A stretch of 64,000 nucleotides of DNA from assembly GCF_006345805.1 (NCBI RefSeq), contig NC_042998.1, positions 49,600,001 to 49,664,000 on the forward strand, given 5' to 3'. The notes under the pieces are model-generated. The model did no database searches. It was given only the letters and a program-made list of their open reading frames with translations, and was not told the origin of the DNA. This DNA is from Octopus sinensis. Lineage: Eukaryota. Made by a program: the position numbers and the translations under genes. The stretch's first letter is position 1. The number at the start of each line of letters is the position of its first letter. Shown piece by piece: positions 62,030 through 64,000 of the stretch.

Positions 62030-62385
62030 CATCATCATCATCATCATCATCGTCATCATCATTTAATGTCCGCTTTCCATGCTAGCATGGGTTGGACGAT
62101 TTGACTGAGGACTGGCGAACCAGATTGCTGCACCAGGCTCCAATCTGATCTGGCAGAGTTTCTACAGCTGGATGCCCTTCCTAAAGCCAACCACTCTGAG
62201 AGTGTAGTGGGTGTTTTTATGTGCCACCGGCACGAGGGCCAGTCTGGCGGTACTGGCAACGGCCTCGCTCAAATGATGCTTTTTACTTGCCACCTGCACA
62301 GGAGTCAGTCCAGCGGCACTGGCAATGACCTCGCTTGAATGTTTTGTTCACATGCCACCGGCACAAGTGCCAGTAAGGTAACGCA
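62030..62385 (-). mobile_element. RTE-tail SINE-like element (family D)
   Basis: Same diagnostic tail and repeated TGCCACCGGCAC motifs. Confidence 0.85.
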
Positions 62386-63244
62386 GGTAATCCAAATTTG
62401 TTATTCATTTATTCCAGAAAGATTTTGCAAAAATATTACAGGTGTTCAAAGTTTGATAATTTTCAGAATTTTCAGCCAATCAGAAAGCAGTGCATTCGCT
62501 GCCTCTTCCATCATCAGGGGGAGTGGGGCATTGGCATGTCAAAACATTAAACTAGCTATGTGAGCAAATTAAATATTTACAAGCTATGAACAAACAAACA
62601 GGAGTTGCTAGAAATAACAGTCAAAACATTAAGATATACATGAGCAAAGTTAATATTAAAACATTTGCAAGCAAATTAAATATTTAAAAGCTACGAACAA
62701 GCCAACAGACGTTGCTAGAAACAACAGTCAAAACATTGTTTAAAACATCATTTATTAGTTTTAAAAATTTCAAGAAAAAGTTTACAATACACTCTAGGAT
62801 TTTATAAAATAAATTATCTTTCTCGTATCTCCTCCTCCATATAAATTCACAAGTATAAGAGTCAACCATGCCCAGGTACTTTCAATTTGTTGAGTGTAAA
62901 TCCCACTTGTTATGAAAATAAACAATTATAGAACAAGTGATGGTTACACTCCTTGTATGCATGCGCAGCATCTTTGGTTACTATGGCAACAGAGTTCTTC
63001 ACAATCAGCTATGGAACATGTGGTGCTTCTTTGCTTTGGCTACTATAGAAACAGACTTCTTCACCATGGTGATGTCTAAAATACTTGCTTTTGATTGGCT
63101 AAAATACTCAAATTTGGCAGATTTTAAAGGCTAATAACTTTTTAATTATGGATTTATAGGGAAAATTAATTTCATTTTCATAATTAGTATACAAACTTTA
63201 TCCATATACCAAATTTGAAAACAACTGGAACAAAATTGTAAACA

Positions 63245-63670
63245 GTGACAAAAACCACAATGATCCGTTGTCTCAAAAGGAAGATCAAGTTTCAATGATG
63301 CAGGATCTCCTTGACTGTGTTGAGGAAGATGAAGACTTATTTGAAAATGGTTGTAACAGGTGATGAATCATGAGTCTATGGCTATAATCCTGAAACCAAG
63401 GCAAAACTCAAATCCCACTTGAAAGGAACATGATTTCATGATGTTGAAGAAAGCAAAGAAAATGTAATGAAGTAGCTGCTTGCTATCTCAAAAAAAAAAA
63501 AAAAAAAGGGAGAGGGAGTTCCAGGAATGCCTCCATCTATGGAAACAATACTGGATAAAGTGTGTGGCTTCAGGTAGTGTGTGTCTCAAAGGTTATATGC
63601 CAAATTGAAATGTATTGCAGTTTTCTTTTTATAGCATTACTCCTGAAAGTTTTTGATCAGATCTTGTGTA
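63245..63670 (+). mobile_element. Internally deleted mariner remnant
   Basis: VTGDES*VYGYNPETK followed directly by KLKSHLKG..EFQECL..W..C. Confidence 0.75.
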
Positions 63671-64000
63671 GCAGTATATAGGCAGAAGGTAGACTTAGAG
63701 AAGAAGCAGGATGTGAATTTAATTATTAATAATGAATGTGGAAACCATTTTAGAACACTGAAGACAGATGATCGAAGCTGAAAGTTCAGAAAAAATATAA
63801 TTGAAATATATAGAAAGAAACAGACAAGTAAAGAAATGATATATTTTAACACTAGATTATGAAGTAGATGGTCAGTTTAGCTTGAGAAGAAGGAAGCAAA
63901 TTTTCAAATATCTTATTGAGATGTAGCAGAACCCATTTTGGTTGTGGCATTTTGTAGTCAACTAGCCTTAAATAGGCTCCATATGTTAATCTTTAATGAT

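Noticed and set aside
62560-62740. Diverged duplication of about 70 bp
   Set aside because: Ordinary local tandem duplication with no further structure.

Overview
AT-rich, microsatellite- and retroposon-dense eukaryotic DNA. The SINE, LINE and MITE content looks like a coleoid cephalopod, probably Octopus (inference). The + strand carries the 3' part of one large gene: 15 coding exons (2467-57830, all introns GT-AG, phases consistent, 1720 nt, 572 codons plus stop). They encode the C-terminal part of a thioester-protein family member: second half of TED, CUB, MG8, anchor and a C345C/NTR domain. The C345C domain places it in the complement C3/C4/C5 group rather than A2M/CD109. The thioester GCGEQ exon lies upstream of the window. 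The position of the C3 catalytic His is Tyr. Introns hold three tRNA-derived SINE families, RTE, Dong/R4, HERO and CR1 LINE remnants, mariner/Tc1/pogo/hAT/piggyBac-type DNA elements and two non-autonomous Helitrons. The most unusual signal is a set of type I hammerhead ribozyme motifs of the Penelope-like-element kind. One is a 356-bp palindrome with an intact hammerhead on each strand, cleaving 300 nt upstream of exon 7 on the sense strand. Another is a minimal sense-strand hammerhead on a long extended stem in intron 11. Several decayed motifs sit in or near (TA)n tracts. Almost all ORFs in the supplied track are microsatellite or repeat artefacts.
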